64,000 bases of DNA from Polyangiaceae bacterium (GCA_044376115.1 JBILLK010000011.1:32001-96000); one strand, 5' to 3'. Positions 1 to 10,030 are shown, counted from the first letter of the stretch. Notes: generated by a model not told the origin, from the sequence alone. A program made the numbers and translations.

Positions 1-1707
1 AGCAAGCAATTGGGCGACGTGAGCGCGGTCCCCGCGACCTTCTTTCAATGCGCTCCAAGCGATCAGCAGACCGAGGCCGTCGCTACAGGCGACTACCTCG
101 AGCTGCGCCACCTGGTTGCGGAGACACCGAGGTTTTGTGCGGCGCTACCGTCCTTCGCGCCGGTGATCCTGATGTTTGAACATGAGCGGGACATGCGCGT
201 CCTCACCATGCGAAGCGACCTTTTCGTAATCGACACCGATCGCCAGGTGCTTACCGTGACTTCGCGCATCGGCTTACCCAGGCTGGAGTCGAACACGCTT
301 GGGATCGTTGGGGGCGCGGAGCATGCCTCGCTGCAACTCGGCGAAGTCTCGGCAGCGCTCGGTGAATCGGAAGGCTCGCGCAGGCTCCGCGAGTGGTTTG
401 CGGGCCGCATGCGTGCGCGCGCCAATGCCATCGCCGCAGAGTCTCCGAACGCCACGCTGATTCATCGCGCGACTACCAAGTTGGTCAAGGCGACTACTGC
501 GGTCGAGCAGCCGCAATGGCTTTCGGGGCCGCGCGCCCAGCCCTCCGTCGATCTGCCGCCGCCAGCACGCTGGAGTACGACGCACGGAGCCGTGCAACCG
601 GCGGTGCTTGAACAATCTGCCACGATGGTGATCGACGTGACGGCTTCGTCTTCGGAGCCTCAGCCCGTCGCGCCGCCGTTGGCTCGCGCCGACTCGAGCC
701 CGCCGTTGTCGGTGAACCATGCTGAAGCTCCCGCTCGGCCGATCGCCGTGGCCCTCCCCAGCTACCTCAAGCCCGCCCCTCCCACGGCCACCACGCCTGG
801 GCTCCAGCCGATGGCCCCGCCGCCGGTGGCGTCTGTCGAATCGCAGCTGTCTACGGAGCGAACGCAAGAGGAGTCGGCCGTCTCACCTGCGGCAGGCGGC
901 GGGCTCTTGACGCTGCTATTCGCGGATGAAACCAAGCTCGAGCAACGTGGCACGAGCGAGGCTCTCTCGGCGTTGGTCGAGCCGGCACCCGTCAGCGAGT
1001 CGCGCGAGATAGAAGCAACCGATTGGGCAAAAGATGAGCGCCACGATGACGATGCTTCAGCGCTCGAGCTTGCCTTGCGCGTGCTACGCAGCGGGAGCGC
1101 GACGCGACTGGAGCAAGTTGGCTTCGTGCGGAGTGACGATGGGGCTCCGGGTGCTTTGCTCCGTGCCGATCTCGTGCGGTTGGAGGGCCAGCTGTGCCCT
1201 TGTTTGTCGCGGGTCTCCGTAATCACTGCCACCTTGCGGCTCGCCTCACTGGCGCTTGCTCCGGTTTCCCCGGAGCGTGCTGCGAAGCTCGCGTCGTTGC
1301 TCGCTCTGATGCACGAGGACCTCGAGTTCGCTCCGGACGAGGCCCTTGCGCCCATTCGTGACGAGCTCGCCTGCCTTTGTGACGGTGAGGAGCGCCGACC
1401 GAAGCTTGAGACGTTGACGCTCCAAGCCGAGGCGTTGGTTCGTAGCAAGCGATGTTTTGCACCCGTCATGCTCGAAGGCGGCGTCTACATCCGCGCCGAG
1501 CTAGAGGCCGGTGGCAAGCGCGCCGCCGTCTTCATCCCCGAGGGTTATGGCAGCAGCTTGCCCGACCTCGCCCGCTTTCCGGCCGTGCTGGTGGCGAGGG
1601 CGACGCTCGCCTCGGACCAGCCCTCTCTTGTCGCGCTCGCTGCGGCGCAGCGGCTCGACGAATCGAAACTGACCTTCGCACCCTCACATTCGGAAGGAAG
1701 ACCATGA
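1..1707 (+). CDS. DUF2169-family T6SS-associated adaptor-like protein, 5'-partial, with Pro-rich linker and C-terminal extension
   Basis: Frame open from base 1. N-terminal FFQCAPSDQQ...LELRHL...LP...DLFVIDTDRQVLTVTSR resembles the DUF2169 C-terminal part. Stop overlaps vgrG start (ATGA 1704-1707). Confidence 0.65.
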   Translation, partial: SKQLGDVSAVPATFFQCAPSDQQTEAVATGDYLELRHLVAETPRFCAALPSFAPVILMFEHERDMRVLTMRSDLFVIDTDRQVLTVTSRIGLPRLESNTLGIVGGAEHASLQLGEVSAALGESEGSRRLREWFAGRMRARANAIAAESPNATLIHRATTKLVKATTAVEQPQWLSGPRAQPSVDLPPPARWSTTHGAVQPAVLEQSATMVIDVTASSSEPQPVAPPLARADSSPPLSVNHAEAPARPIAVALPSYLKPAPPTATTPGLQPMAPPPVASVESQLSTERTQEESAVSPAAGGGLLTLLFADETKLEQRGTSEALSALVEPAPVSESREIEATDWAKDERHDDDASALELALRVLRSGSATRLEQVGFVRSDDGAPGALLRADLVRLEGQLCPCLSRVSVITATLRLASLALAPVSPERAAKLASLLALMHEDLEFAPDEALAPIRDELACLCDGEERRPKLETLTLQAEALVRSKRCFAPVMLEGGVYIRAELEAGGKRAAVFIPEGYGSSLPDLARFPAVLVARATLASDQPSLVALAAAQRLDESKLTFAPSHSEGRP

Positions 1708-4172
1708 CTCTGCAGTTGCAGCTCGAAAACGGTGAAGCGCTCGACGTTCGATCGTTCAAAGTCTCCGAGGCGCTTTCGCGTCCCTTTCGTGTGGACCTCG
1801 TTGCGGTTTCGACGAACCACGATCTCGACTTCGAAGGCGCCATCGGTAGGCCAGCCGTTTTCAGGCTCACGAACCCAGCTGCCTACGTCTTGGTTCCCAC
1901 GCGAACGTGGGTTGGCGTTTGCACGCGTTGTGAGCAGACCAAGGTCGAGGCTGGAGGCCTATCGACGTACGAGCTGACCATCGAGTCCCAGCTCTGGGCG
2001 TTGGCTCAGCGGCGCAACCATCGGGTGTTTCAACATTTGAGCGTGCCCGAGATCGTCGCGCGCATCTTCTCCGAGTGGCAGCTCGAGTTCTCTCTGGAGG
2101 TGGACCCCAAGGCCCATGCGCCGCTCGAGTTCCGCATTCAATACGGGGAGACGGATCTGGCCTTCGTCAGCCGACTGCTCGAGGAGGCCGGGATCTCGTA
2201 TGTGACCGTGCAAACTCCACTTGGGATGAAGGTCGTCCTTCGGGATGCTCCGCAAGCTCATGACAAGCGCGCGGCACCACCGCTCACCTTCGTCGACTCG
2301 GCGGCCCAGGCGCAAGCTGCACAGGTGGAGTACGCGACGTCGCTTCGATTCCGCAGAGAGGCGCGGCCTGGGAAGGTCGTGCTTCGTGACTTCGACTTTC
2401 GCAACCCACGCTTCGATCTGGAGGCCTCAGCGAGCGTCACGACTGGCAACGTGGAAGATGCGCTCGAGGTCTACCGTTTCGCACCAGGTCGCTTTCTCAC
2501 CGAGGGCCACACAGGTGGTGAAACCCCAGTAGCGGATGACCGTGGCGTCGCGCGCTACCACCAACCCGCTGGTACCGCGATGGCAACGCGCCTGCTCGAG
2601 GCGGAGCGCGTCCAGCGACGTATCGTGCGCTTCCGAACCAACGCCTTCGACCTCGCGCCCGGTGTGGTCTTCAATATGGCCAACCACCCAAAGACCGAGC
2701 TCTTTCCAACCTCGTGGCTGCTCAGTACGGAGTTCGTTGTCTCGGGAGAGGTCGGTCTCGAATGGGTGGCCGAGGTGCGTGCGGTCTTCGCCGACGCCAG
2801 CTATCGACCGGAGCTATCGACCGCCAAGCCAGCCATCTTCGGCGTGCAGAGCGCGATCGTAGTCGGCCCCGAAGGCGACAAAGTGCATACCGATGAGTTT
2901 GGTCGTGTGCGCGTTCAGTTTGTTTGGGATCGCGCAAAACACTTCAGTGAACTCTCCTCGTGTTGGGTACGCGTGAGCCAGGCCTGGGCAGGTACTGGCT
3001 ACGGGCATGTCGTGTTGCCGCGCGTGGGGCACGAGGTGCTCGTTGGCTTCGTCGACGGCAACCCTGATCAACCGATCGTCGTTGGTCGCGTCTTCAACGG
3101 CGCTCAACAAACGCCGTACAAGCTGCCTGGTAGCAAGCTCATCAGCGCATGGAAGAGCGACTCCAACTCGAACATCATCGTTTTCGATGACACGCCCGGC
3201 GAGGAGGGGTTCTACACCCAGGCCGAGAAGGACCGCGTCGGCATCGTCAAGAAGGACGAGACCTATCTCACGGGTGGCAAACGTGTCGTGGCCATCAAGA
3301 AGGCCTACAAGTCGCTGGTCGGCGACAAGCAGGACCACTTCGCGGGCAAGGACTACAAAATGCTCGCCGGCAAAGAATGGAAGTCGCAGGCGCTGATTGA
3401 GTGGGGCGCCAAGGCCGGGCTCGAGGCAGGGCTCAAGTCGGGCAAGGAGATCAGCATTGGCGTGCAGCCTGTGGTGCCCTTCGTGATGGCGCTGATCGAT
3501 GTGTTTCAGGCCAAGGCCAAGCTGAAGAAGCTTCTGCCGGATGGTCCGCCTGACCTATCGGCCGTGCTGCCCGACTTCACCAAAGGCGGTATCACGGTAA
3601 AATCTGGAGCGGTCTCGAAGCCAAAAAAGCTCTCCAAGGAGGAGGTCGAGTCGGGGATGGCCGACGTAATCAACCTCTTCGGCCTCGCCCTCAAGGGCAA
3701 GTCGAAGCTCGAGCTGAGCGAGCTCTTGGACGAGCACGGTCTTGAAAAAGGCATCGAACTGCTGCTCGCGGGGGTCAAGGGTAGTGTGCCCAAGTCGCTG
3801 CTCAAGCTGACCGATCTCGATAGCCTGCTCGAACATTTGCAGGCCCTGCTTGGTGGTCTCGCAAAGGATGACGACGGAAAGAAGGGCAGTGAGAAGGCCG
3901 GCAAAAAGAAGAAGAAGGAGGAAGATGACTTCAACCTCATCGACCTCTTACAAGACATTGCCCAAGTCATCCTCGACAAGATCGTCCCAAAGACGAAGAT
4001 CGAACTCGAACATCAGAAAATCACTATCGCCACCGACAAGGCGAAGATTGAGCTGTCCGAGGATTCGATCAAACTCAAAGCCGATAAGGACATTGAGATC
4101 AAGGCCGGCGGCTGTGTGAAGATCGAGGGCGCTAGCGTGAAAATCAAGCCAAGCCCTTGCAAGTGTAAATAG
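1704..4172 (+). CDS. vgrG: Type VI secretion spike protein VgrG (TssI)
   Basis: Hallmark motifs EALSRPF, QYGETDLAFVSRLLEEAGISY, HTDEFGRVRVQFVWDR, SCWVRVSQAWAG, PRVGHEVLVGFVDGNPDQPIVVGRVFN. ATG 1704 follows GGAAGGAAG. Confidence 0.95.
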   Translation: MTLQLQLENGEALDVRSFKVSEALSRPFRVDLVAVSTNHDLDFEGAIGRPAVFRLTNPAAYVLVPTRTWVGVCTRCEQTKVEAGGLSTYELTIESQLWALAQRRNHRVFQHLSVPEIVARIFSEWQLEFSLEVDPKAHAPLEFRIQYGETDLAFVSRLLEEAGISYVTVQTPLGMKVVLRDAPQAHDKRAAPPLTFVDSAAQAQAAQVEYATSLRFRREARPGKVVLRDFDFRNPRFDLEASASVTTGNVEDALEVYRFAPGRFLTEGHTGGETPVADDRGVARYHQPAGTAMATRLLEAERVQRRIVRFRTNAFDLAPGVVFNMANHPKTELFPTSWLLSTEFVVSGEVGLEWVAEVRAVFADASYRPELSTAKPAIFGVQSAIVVGPEGDKVHTDEFGRVRVQFVWDRAKHFSELSSCWVRVSQAWAGTGYGHVVLPRVGHEVLVGFVDGNPDQPIVVGRVFNGAQQTPYKLPGSKLISAWKSDSNSNIIVFDDTPGEEGFYTQAEKDRVGIVKKDETYLTGGKRVVAIKKAYKSLVGDKQDHFAGKDYKMLAGKEWKSQALIEWGAKAGLEAGLKSGKEISIGVQPVVPFVMALIDVFQAKAKLKKLLPDGPPDLSAVLPDFTKGGITVKSGAVSKPKKLSKEEVESGMADVINLFGLALKGKSKLELSELLDEHGLEKGIELLLAGVKGSVPKSLLKLTDLDSLLEHLQALLGGLAKDDDGKKGSEKAGKKKKKEEDDFNLIDLLQDIAQVILDKIVPKTKIELEHQKITIATDKAKIELSEDSIKLKADKDIEIKAGGCVKIEGASVKIKPSPCKCK

Positions 4173-5082
4173 GGTGCGCGTTCAACGCGTGTGATGGTGT
4201 TGAGTGCTGGGCAAGAAAAGCCAAGCTCTCATCGAGCACGCGTTGTGCGAGGCGCGGGTCGCGGGCGCCGGTCCAAACGCGTTTGGACGGCGTTCCCTCA
4301 TGCCCGTAGACGGCGCCCGAGGTGAGATCGTAATCGAATAGAAGCTTGCGGGCGGCGTGCGCAGAGCGCTCAGGCGTGCTCGCATCGTCGAGTAGCGGGA
4401 CGAGCCAACGTAAGACGGAACTCCAAGCGGCGCGTGCATACCAGGGCCCCGTCCGCAGCAAGCCAGTCCCCGGCATCATTCCTGGATCGAACGTTGCGAA
4501 CGTGGTCTTTGGGTATCTGCGTGCGAGCTCCATCGTGGTCACCATCGCGCACAGCTTGCTCGTCGCGTAGCGGTCCATCCCACGCTGCCTGTCGCTGGTC
4601 GCATCCACCTCGCCGCGCGCTAGCCGCTCGACGTCGGTAAATCGACCTCCACGAAAGCCGAACATGGTTGCCGTTCGATTGCTGGGGTTGTGGGTCCCAC
4701 TACCGACCCCGATCACCCGGCCCGCCTCGAGCCAGGGCAATAGCCCTAGGGTCAGTTGAAGTGGCCCGAGATGGTTCACCGCAAACGTTGTCTCGACTCC
4801 CTCATGATTGAACGAGGTCGGCCCCGAGAATTGTAGCCCAGCGTTGTTGACCAAGCCGTGGAGCGGCGTGCTCCAGCCCTCGATCAAGGTTTGGACTGAC
4901 GAGAACGACCCAGTATCGAGCTCTACTACGCGGGCGCCGTGACGAAGCGATCGTGCAACCTCGTGCCCAGCGTTCAGATCGCGAACACCGAGGATCAGCT
5001 CAACGTCCTCTCGTTCGTCCAAGGCTTGCGCGATAGCCAGGCCAAGCCCGCGTGTTGCGCCTGTCAGCAGTATCGTCTTCAT
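4144..5082 (-). CDS. SDR family NAD(P)-dependent oxidoreductase
   Basis: TGATRGLG Rossmann motif, LVNNAG, catalytic YATSK. Start set at MKTILL after AAAGGA. Confidence 0.92.
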   Translation of the reverse strand: MKTILLTGATRGLGLAIAQALDEREDVELILGVRDLNAGHEVARSLRHGARVVELDTGSFSSVQTLIEGWSTPLHGLVNNAGLQFSGPTSFNHEGVETTFAVNHLGPLQLTLGLLPWLEAGRVIGVGSGTHNPSNRTATMFGFRGGRFTDVERLARGEVDATSDRQRGMDRYATSKLCAMVTTMELARRYPKTTFATFDPGMMPGTGLLRTGPWYARAAWSSVLRWLVPLLDDASTPERSAHAARKLLFDYDLTSGAVYGHEGTPSKRVWTGARDPRLAQRVLDESLAFLAQHSTPSHALNAHPIYTCKGLA

Positions 5083-5127
5083 CCGTTCCTTTCGCTTGCT
5101 CGGCGGCGACCGGGCAGGCACCGTAAG

Positions 5128-5161
5128 AATGTGAAGGATCCTTCGGGTACGCCATTCGCAT
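5128..5161. promoter_or_regulatory. Candidate TetR operator in SDR/TetR divergent region
   Basis: ATGTGAA (5128-5134) and TTCGCAT (5155-5161) form an imperfect inverted pair. Perfect palindrome GAAGGATCCTTC at 5133-5144. Confidence 0.4.
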
Positions 5162-5799
5162 ACGCCGGTGCTCGGCTCCGCAAGCGCGTCCGTCAGCGAA
5201 AACAGCCAGTTCAGAGCCGCTCGAAGGCAACCACGGAGGCGCTCGTGGAAGCGACCCTTCAGGTTTTGCTACGCGACGGCTATCCGAAGCTCACGACCAC
5301 TCGGGTCGCCCAACGAGCTGGCGTTTCGGTTGGCACGCTGTACCAATACTTCCCAGATAAGCGCTCGCTACTGACCGCGCTCAAGGTTCGGTATTTCGGA
5401 CTCATGGTCGGCGCCGTGGGGGCCGCGCTCGCAGAGGGCGGCGAATCGGATTTGGCGGTCGTCCTTCGGCGGGCGCTTCGATCGCTCGTCCAGGTAAAGC
5501 GCAAGCACCTCGACCTGACGAAGGCGCTACGCGGCCCGATGGCGGATAGCGAAGGGCTCAGCTTCATGCGCGAGACGCTGGAGCATTTCGTGGCGCTGCT
5601 TTCGCCTTATCTTGCCCACGTTCTCCCGACTACCGAGGCGATCGAGGCGCGCGCAGCCATTCTTGTATCGGCGATTGAGGGGGCGATCTCGCATGCGGTG
5701 TATGTTGCCCCCAACTGGCTCGCGGAGGAGTGGTTCGTCGATGACCTCGTGGCGCTCTCGGTTGGCTATCTGCGGGGCGTCTGTGGTCCCTGTGCGTAA
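5131..5799 (+). CDS. TetR/AcrR family regulator (start uncertain, possible 5' frameshift)
   Basis: RKQPVQSRS...LTTTRVAQRAGVSVGTLYQYFPDK HTH, divergent from the SDR. Confidence 0.88.
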   Translation: MKDPSGTPFAYAGARLRKRVRQRKQPVQSRSKATTEALVEATLQVLLRDGYPKLTTTRVAQRAGVSVGTLYQYFPDKRSLLTALKVRYFGLMVGAVGAALAEGGESDLAVVLRRALRSLVQVKRKHLDLTKALRGPMADSEGLSFMRETLEHFVALLSPYLAHVLPTTEAIEARAAILVSAIEGAISHAVYVAPNWLAEEWFVDDLVALSVGYLRGVCGPCA

Positions 5800-5805
5800 G
5801 CTCGA

Positions 5806-6612
5806 TTATCGAGGCAAGCTCGCGACATGGCGTAGCGCCGAGGCCCTCAGCAGTCGGTCGTTGCTATCCCAGTAAACGGGGCGGGCGTAGTAGTCATAGA
5901 GGCGGGTCTCGTACTCGCGATTGACGGCTATGCCGGCGTTCCATGCGGGGCTGTTCTTGATCGCCTGTCGCGGGAGGTCGACATAGACCATGCGCTCTTC
6001 CCAACTAATGAGGTTGGCCCAATGTGGAGCAACCAGCACCTTCTTGCCAAACCACCAATTGCTGGTGTCGATAACCAAGTAGCGAAGCTCCCAGGTCTCG
6101 TCGTCGACGATGAAATCTTCGACGTGGCCGATGACGTCGTCGCGTCCCTGAATGTGGTACCCGCGGACTTCACGTGCGCTGCGGAGATGAAGGTCGGCCT
6201 CCTCCCCGAGGTGCGCAATAGCCGTATCGTGCCAGCTTCCAGCGGCGAGCCAGCCTGGGTAGGCGCCCATGCCCCAAAGACCCGTATAGCCCCAGTAGTA
6301 CGGGTAGCCGTAGTAGCGAGAGTAGTCTCGCTCATGTTGCCTCGAGACGGGCTTGTCCGTGTCGACGCTGGGACTGTGTTGGATCCTCTCTCGCGTTAGC
6401 GCGACGTGGAGCCTCCGCGTCGACCAGTCGGCTTGGCGCAAAGAGACGGGCGATATCAGGACGCGTCGGCGGTCGAAGAACCGATCCGTGTCGGCAACCA
6501 AGTAGCGGATGGTCCACTGCTGGTCGTCAAACAGGAAGTTCACGACGCTTCCGAGGTCGCCATCGCTGGCGCTCAGAGTGTAACCGTCGAGATCATTCAG
6601 GCTTCGCAACAT
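5806..6612 (-). CDS. Tandem PRC-barrel domain protein
   Basis: Two repeats of GY.(L/I)...D..(L/I)G.V..F..DD..W..RYLV.DT separated by a Tyr/Trp-rich linker. Confidence 0.88.
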   Translation of the reverse strand: MLRSLNDLDGYTLSASDGDLGSVVNFLFDDQQWTIRYLVADTDRFFDRRRVLISPVSLRQADWSTRRLHVALTRERIQHSPSVDTDKPVSRQHERDYSRYYGYPYYWGYTGLWGMGAYPGWLAAGSWHDTAIAHLGEEADLHLRSAREVRGYHIQGRDDVIGHVEDFIVDDETWELRYLVIDTSNWWFGKKVLVAPHWANLISWEERMVYVDLPRQAIKNSPAWNAGIAVNREYETRLYDYYARPVYWDSNDRLLRASALRHVASLPR

Positions 6613-6948
6613 GAGGTGTCCCTTCGCCTACGTATTGGAGGCAGTCGCGTTCGTTGGCACACGACTGCAGCAAGGAGTGCGCCGCTGCTGTCGCCCTTGG
6701 ACCTGCGCCGAATCGAACCGAACGCGCTTCGTGCGCACCGCTTTCGCCACGGTTGTGTCGAAAGCGCTCATGCGCCTACCGCTCATTCGTGCGCGGGATC
6801 GAGAGCTTACGTTTGGGTAGCTCTGGGCAACGTCGTCGCGGTTCTTCCTGGCTCGTGTCGTGCATTCTGAACATGCAATGCTGATGAAGCTCCCGGGGCT
6901 GACTTCGATATGAAGGGTGTGGCTCGAGCGCCTCCGCGGGGGTACTTC

Positions 6949-7809
6949 ATGGCAGGCGTGCTCAAGCACGCGACTCGCAGCTGGGGCGTGGTCCGGCTTG
7001 CCGCCCAAACGTTCGTGCGAATCGATGGGACGCAATGGGCGGGCTCGTTCGCCTTCAACGCGTTCCTTTCGCTGTTTCCGGTCGCTATCTTGTTCGTGAC
7101 GTTAGCTTCGCTCTTCGTCGACCGGCAGACCGCTGGTCAAGCCATCGTTACCTTCATGGAGGGCTATGTCCCTATCGATGGCGAGATGCGAGCACGTGTC
7201 TTCGGCGCGCTGGCTTCGGTGATTGAGGCGCGTCAGCAGGCAAGCGTCGTCGCGTTGCTGAGCCTGCTTTGGGCTGCGCTCCAATGGTTCAATACGCTCG
7301 TGCTCGCCACGAACCGAGCGTGGGGTGACCGCGCCTACAGCTGGTGGCGTTTGCCACTGCGCGCATTGGCGCTTCTTGCTGTGACCGCAGGCGCTGTCCT
7401 CCTCGGCATGGCAGCCCCCGTGCTGGCCAGCGTCGGGAAGTCTTGGCTCTTCCCAGCGGAGAACATGGGCGCGACGCTCTACGCTCTATGGGGCGCACTT
7501 GTCCCGCTGCTGCTGCTGTTTCTCAGCCTGACCTTCTTCTTCCGACTGGCTCCACGAAAAACGAAGCGGTTCTCTGAGGTCTGGGTTGCGGCGGCCTGCA
7601 CCACGCTGCTGCTCCAGGCGACGGAGCGCCTGTTCGTCCTCTACCTCGATCACTCAGCTGGGCTCAGCGCCGTTTACGGAGTGTTCGGTGGGATCACGGC
7701 GTTCTTGCTTTGGATCTACCTTTCCGGCTGCGGCTTCATTTTTGGAGCGTGCCTATGCAGCGCGCAAGCCGAACGCACAGAAGCCGTCAGTCACAGCTCT
7801 TCTTCATAG
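6949..7809 (+). CDS. YihY/virulence factor BrkB family membrane protein
   Basis: Multi-TM, AFNAFLSLFP, YGVFGGITAFLLWIYLS motif. Confidence 0.9.
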   Translation: MAGVLKHATRSWGVVRLAAQTFVRIDGTQWAGSFAFNAFLSLFPVAILFVTLASLFVDRQTAGQAIVTFMEGYVPIDGEMRARVFGALASVIEARQQASVVALLSLLWAALQWFNTLVLATNRAWGDRAYSWWRLPLRALALLAVTAGAVLLGMAAPVLASVGKSWLFPAENMGATLYALWGALVPLLLLFLSLTFFFRLAPRKTKRFSEVWVAAACTTLLLQATERLFVLYLDHSAGLSAVYGVFGGITAFLLWIYLSGCGFIFGACLCSAQAERTEAVSHSSSS

Positions 7810-8584
7810 CCTTCGCCGCTGTTTCGTAGCCCTCGAGCGCCTGCTTGCAGCCCTCGACCGGCATTAGGTCCTTCTCGTAGTTCTCACACGCCTGCGCCCC
7901 CGCACCTTGTGCGAGCACTTTGCAACAAGCCGCCGCGCGTGCGCAGACGCCTTTGCTCTTGGTTTTCTTCTTCGCGGGAGCAGCGGTCTCGTCCTCATCG
8001 TCCACCGCGTCCGAAGTGGAGTTGCGCCCAAGCAGAGAATCCCAATCGACGAAGACGTAGCCCATGATGATCGCGATAGGGAGGGTCGTGACCAGCATCA
8101 TGATGATGATGCGAGGCAGCGCGCTCTTGTAGTTGGGGGTCATGACGTTGACCCCCATCGGCTGCCCGACGCCTGGTTGCCGATAGCCTTGTTGCTGCGG
8201 AAAGCCTTGTTGCCCCTGCATCAGTGTTCCGGCGAGCGCGATCCGCTGCGGGTTGTGCGGGTCGATCCGCAGCTCGACGAGCGCCCCTGGCTGCACCGAG
8301 GGGATCTGTAGTTCACTCACGAGCTGCTGAAAGTTGGTCGTGTACACCGCGCCGTTGATCGGTGATTGCACCTCCACGGTCAGGATGAGGTTCAAATGGC
8401 GATGACCCATCACTGCCACCGAGCCACCGGTCGTACCCAATTGAAGGATGCGCCCGCGGGCGGGCAATCCCGTGCGAAGCAGCTCATCTGTCTTCGCCTG
8501 GCCCTTCATCAGGGCGGTCATAATGACCACCACCATCACGATCGGAAGGGCGATGCTGAGAATGACAATGATCCCGGTCGGCAC
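7787..8584 (-). CDS. Two-TM membrane protein with OB-fold/DUF3592-like domain and Cys-rich C-terminus
   Basis: N-terminal TM, LLRTGLPARGRIL...QPGALVELRIDP.NPQRIAL, second TM, C-terminal CARAAACC...C...C. Confidence 0.7.
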   Translation of the reverse strand: MPTGIIVILSIALPIVMVVVIMTALMKGQAKTDELLRTGLPARGRILQLGTTGGSVAVMGHRHLNLILTVEVQSPINGAVYTTNFQQLVSELQIPSVQPGALVELRIDPHNPQRIALAGTLMQGQQGFPQQQGYRQPGVGQPMGVNVMTPNYKSALPRIIIMMLVTTLPIAIIMGYVFVDWDSLLGRNSTSDAVDDEDETAAPAKKKTKSKGVCARAAACCKVLAQGAGAQACENYEKDLMPVEGCKQALEGYETAAKAMKKSCD

Positions 8585-8640
8585 GTCCCCAACGTACTGC
8601 CCAAGCCGGGCGCGGGCGAGTTTGAATCGGCGATTGGCGG

Positions 8641-9291
8641 CTAGCTCGAGGGAGCGGCGCGCCGGCTCTTGAGTCGCGCCCGAACCTTCTCCACCAAGGC
8701 CGGATCTGCAAGGTCTGGGTGGCCTGAACGAAAGGGCGGGGCCGGGTCGTACTCGAGGCCGAGTTGCAACTCTTTTGCGAATGCTTCGCCTGCGAGCTCG
8801 GCCGCGAGCATGAGTCCGAAGTCGATACCGGCGGTGACACCCCCGGCCGTGATGCGATTGCGATCGCGGACCACGCGCCCCTTCGTCACTGTCGCTCCGA
8901 GGGCGCTGAGCTCATCCAAGTAGGCCCAATGGGTCGTGGCCTGATAGCCCGTCAGCAGACCCGCCGCGCCCAATACGAGGGCGCCAGTGCACACCGAGGT
9001 CACATAGCGCGCGTTTGCTCCGTGCTGACGTAAGAAGCCAAGAACCTCCTCGTCCGCCATCAGATCGACCTGACCAATCCCGCCGGGAACGAATACCACA
9101 TCCAGCGGCGGACACTCGGCGAGCGTCATCGTCGGCAACAAGCCAAAGCCAGCCTCTGTATGCACCGGCGCGAGCGTCTTCCATAGCAGGTGGACGCGGG
9201 TGTTCGGGATGCGATGGAAGAACTCATAAGGCCCAGTGAGGTCGAGCTGGGTGAGGCGAGGGAAGAGGAGCATCCCGATGTGGATCGTCAT
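8641..9291 (-). CDS. DJ-1/PfpI family protein (isonitrile hydratase-like)
   Basis: TQLDLTGP, VTSVCTGALVLGAAGLL, ATTHW, TAGGVTAGIDF, QLGLEYDPAPPF. Confidence 0.92.
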   Translation of the reverse strand: MTIHIGMLLFPRLTQLDLTGPYEFFHRIPNTRVHLLWKTLAPVHTEAGFGLLPTMTLAECPPLDVVFVPGGIGQVDLMADEEVLGFLRQHGANARYVTSVCTGALVLGAAGLLTGYQATTHWAYLDELSALGATVTKGRVVRDRNRITAGGVTAGIDFGLMLAAELAGEAFAKELQLGLEYDPAPPFRSGHPDLADPALVEKVRARLKSRRAAPSS

Positions 9292-9337
9292 GGCGACCAT
9301 TGTGGCGATCGAAGCCGAGCACAGCCAGGACAATGGC

Positions 9338-9364
9338 TGTCCCTTGGGCCCGTGCTCCGACGTC
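9338..9364 (+). promoter_or_regulatory. Candidate ECF42-type promoter for the APCDD1-like gene
   Basis: TGTCCC-N17-CGTC, with identical spacing to the site at 10039-10065. Confidence 0.5.
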
Positions 9365-9427
9365 TTAAGCGCAAAGGAAGGCTCGACTCGCTCGCCTGTG
9401 AGCGCCATCGAGCTTTGAAGGTGCTCT

Positions 9428-10030
9428 ATGTACTCACGCGAATTGATCTTGGCGGTCCTGCTCTCTGTTGGCTGCGGCGCGAGCGAAGACTCAACTGTAA
9501 GCCCCGCTGAACTCGATGATCGGTCGCAGCTGACCAACCTCGCAGGGACCTGGCGCGACCCTGCCCCCTATGCGTATGGCGAAGCCTTTGGTGCTCGCGA
9601 ATTCACCTTCGATGAGGGCAAGTGGACGCTCCGCTTTACGCTATCGCACGACCCTGCAGGTGAGCTTCCGGTGTTCGACTTTCGCACCAAGGGTCGTTAC
9701 GAGGTAGGCGCCGCAGCCAAGGGCGTCGACGGCGCCTTCGAGGCCGTCTTTCACGAGGAGCAAAAGTTCCTTACGCTCCGCACCAGCGATAGCAAGCTCG
9801 CGCAGGCGTTCGGCTTCACTCCGTGCGGGCTCACCCCGAACGTCGAGAAGGACATTTCGACGAGTGGTTGTTCAGCCTGGAAACCCGTGGCGCAGTGTCC
9901 GTCCGACTATGACTTGCTGGCGCTTGTGGATGAGGGGCGGCTCGCCTTTGGAGTCCGCCCTGCTGACAACGATATGTGCAGCCCGGACAAGCGACCCACG
10001 GCGTTAACTGCACCGGTTCACAAAATCTAA
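9428..10030 (+). CDS. APCDD1-like domain lipoprotein
   Basis: Lipobox SVGC. C-terminal DISTSGC...C..DYDL.....GRL.FG.RPADN.MC.PDKRPTAL matches the APCDD1 domain pattern as I recall it. Confidence 0.75.
   Translation: MYSRELILAVLLSVGCGASEDSTVSPAELDDRSQLTNLAGTWRDPAPYAYGEAFGAREFTFDEGKWTLRFTLSHDPAGELPVFDFRTKGRYEVGAAAKGVDGAFEAVFHEEQKFLTLRTSDSKLAQAFGFTPCGLTPNVEKDISTSGCSAWKPVAQCPSDYDLLALVDEGRLAFGVRPADNDMCSPDKRPTALTAPVHKI

Noticed and set aside
1452..1703. N-terminal extension of VgrG in the ORF track
   Set aside because: Overlaps the upstream CDS. ATG 1704 has an SD and an ATGA overlap and matches the VgrG start.
6628..6910. Short ORFs between the PRC-barrel and yihY genes
   Set aside because: No recognisable motif or RBS; probably a divergent promoter region.
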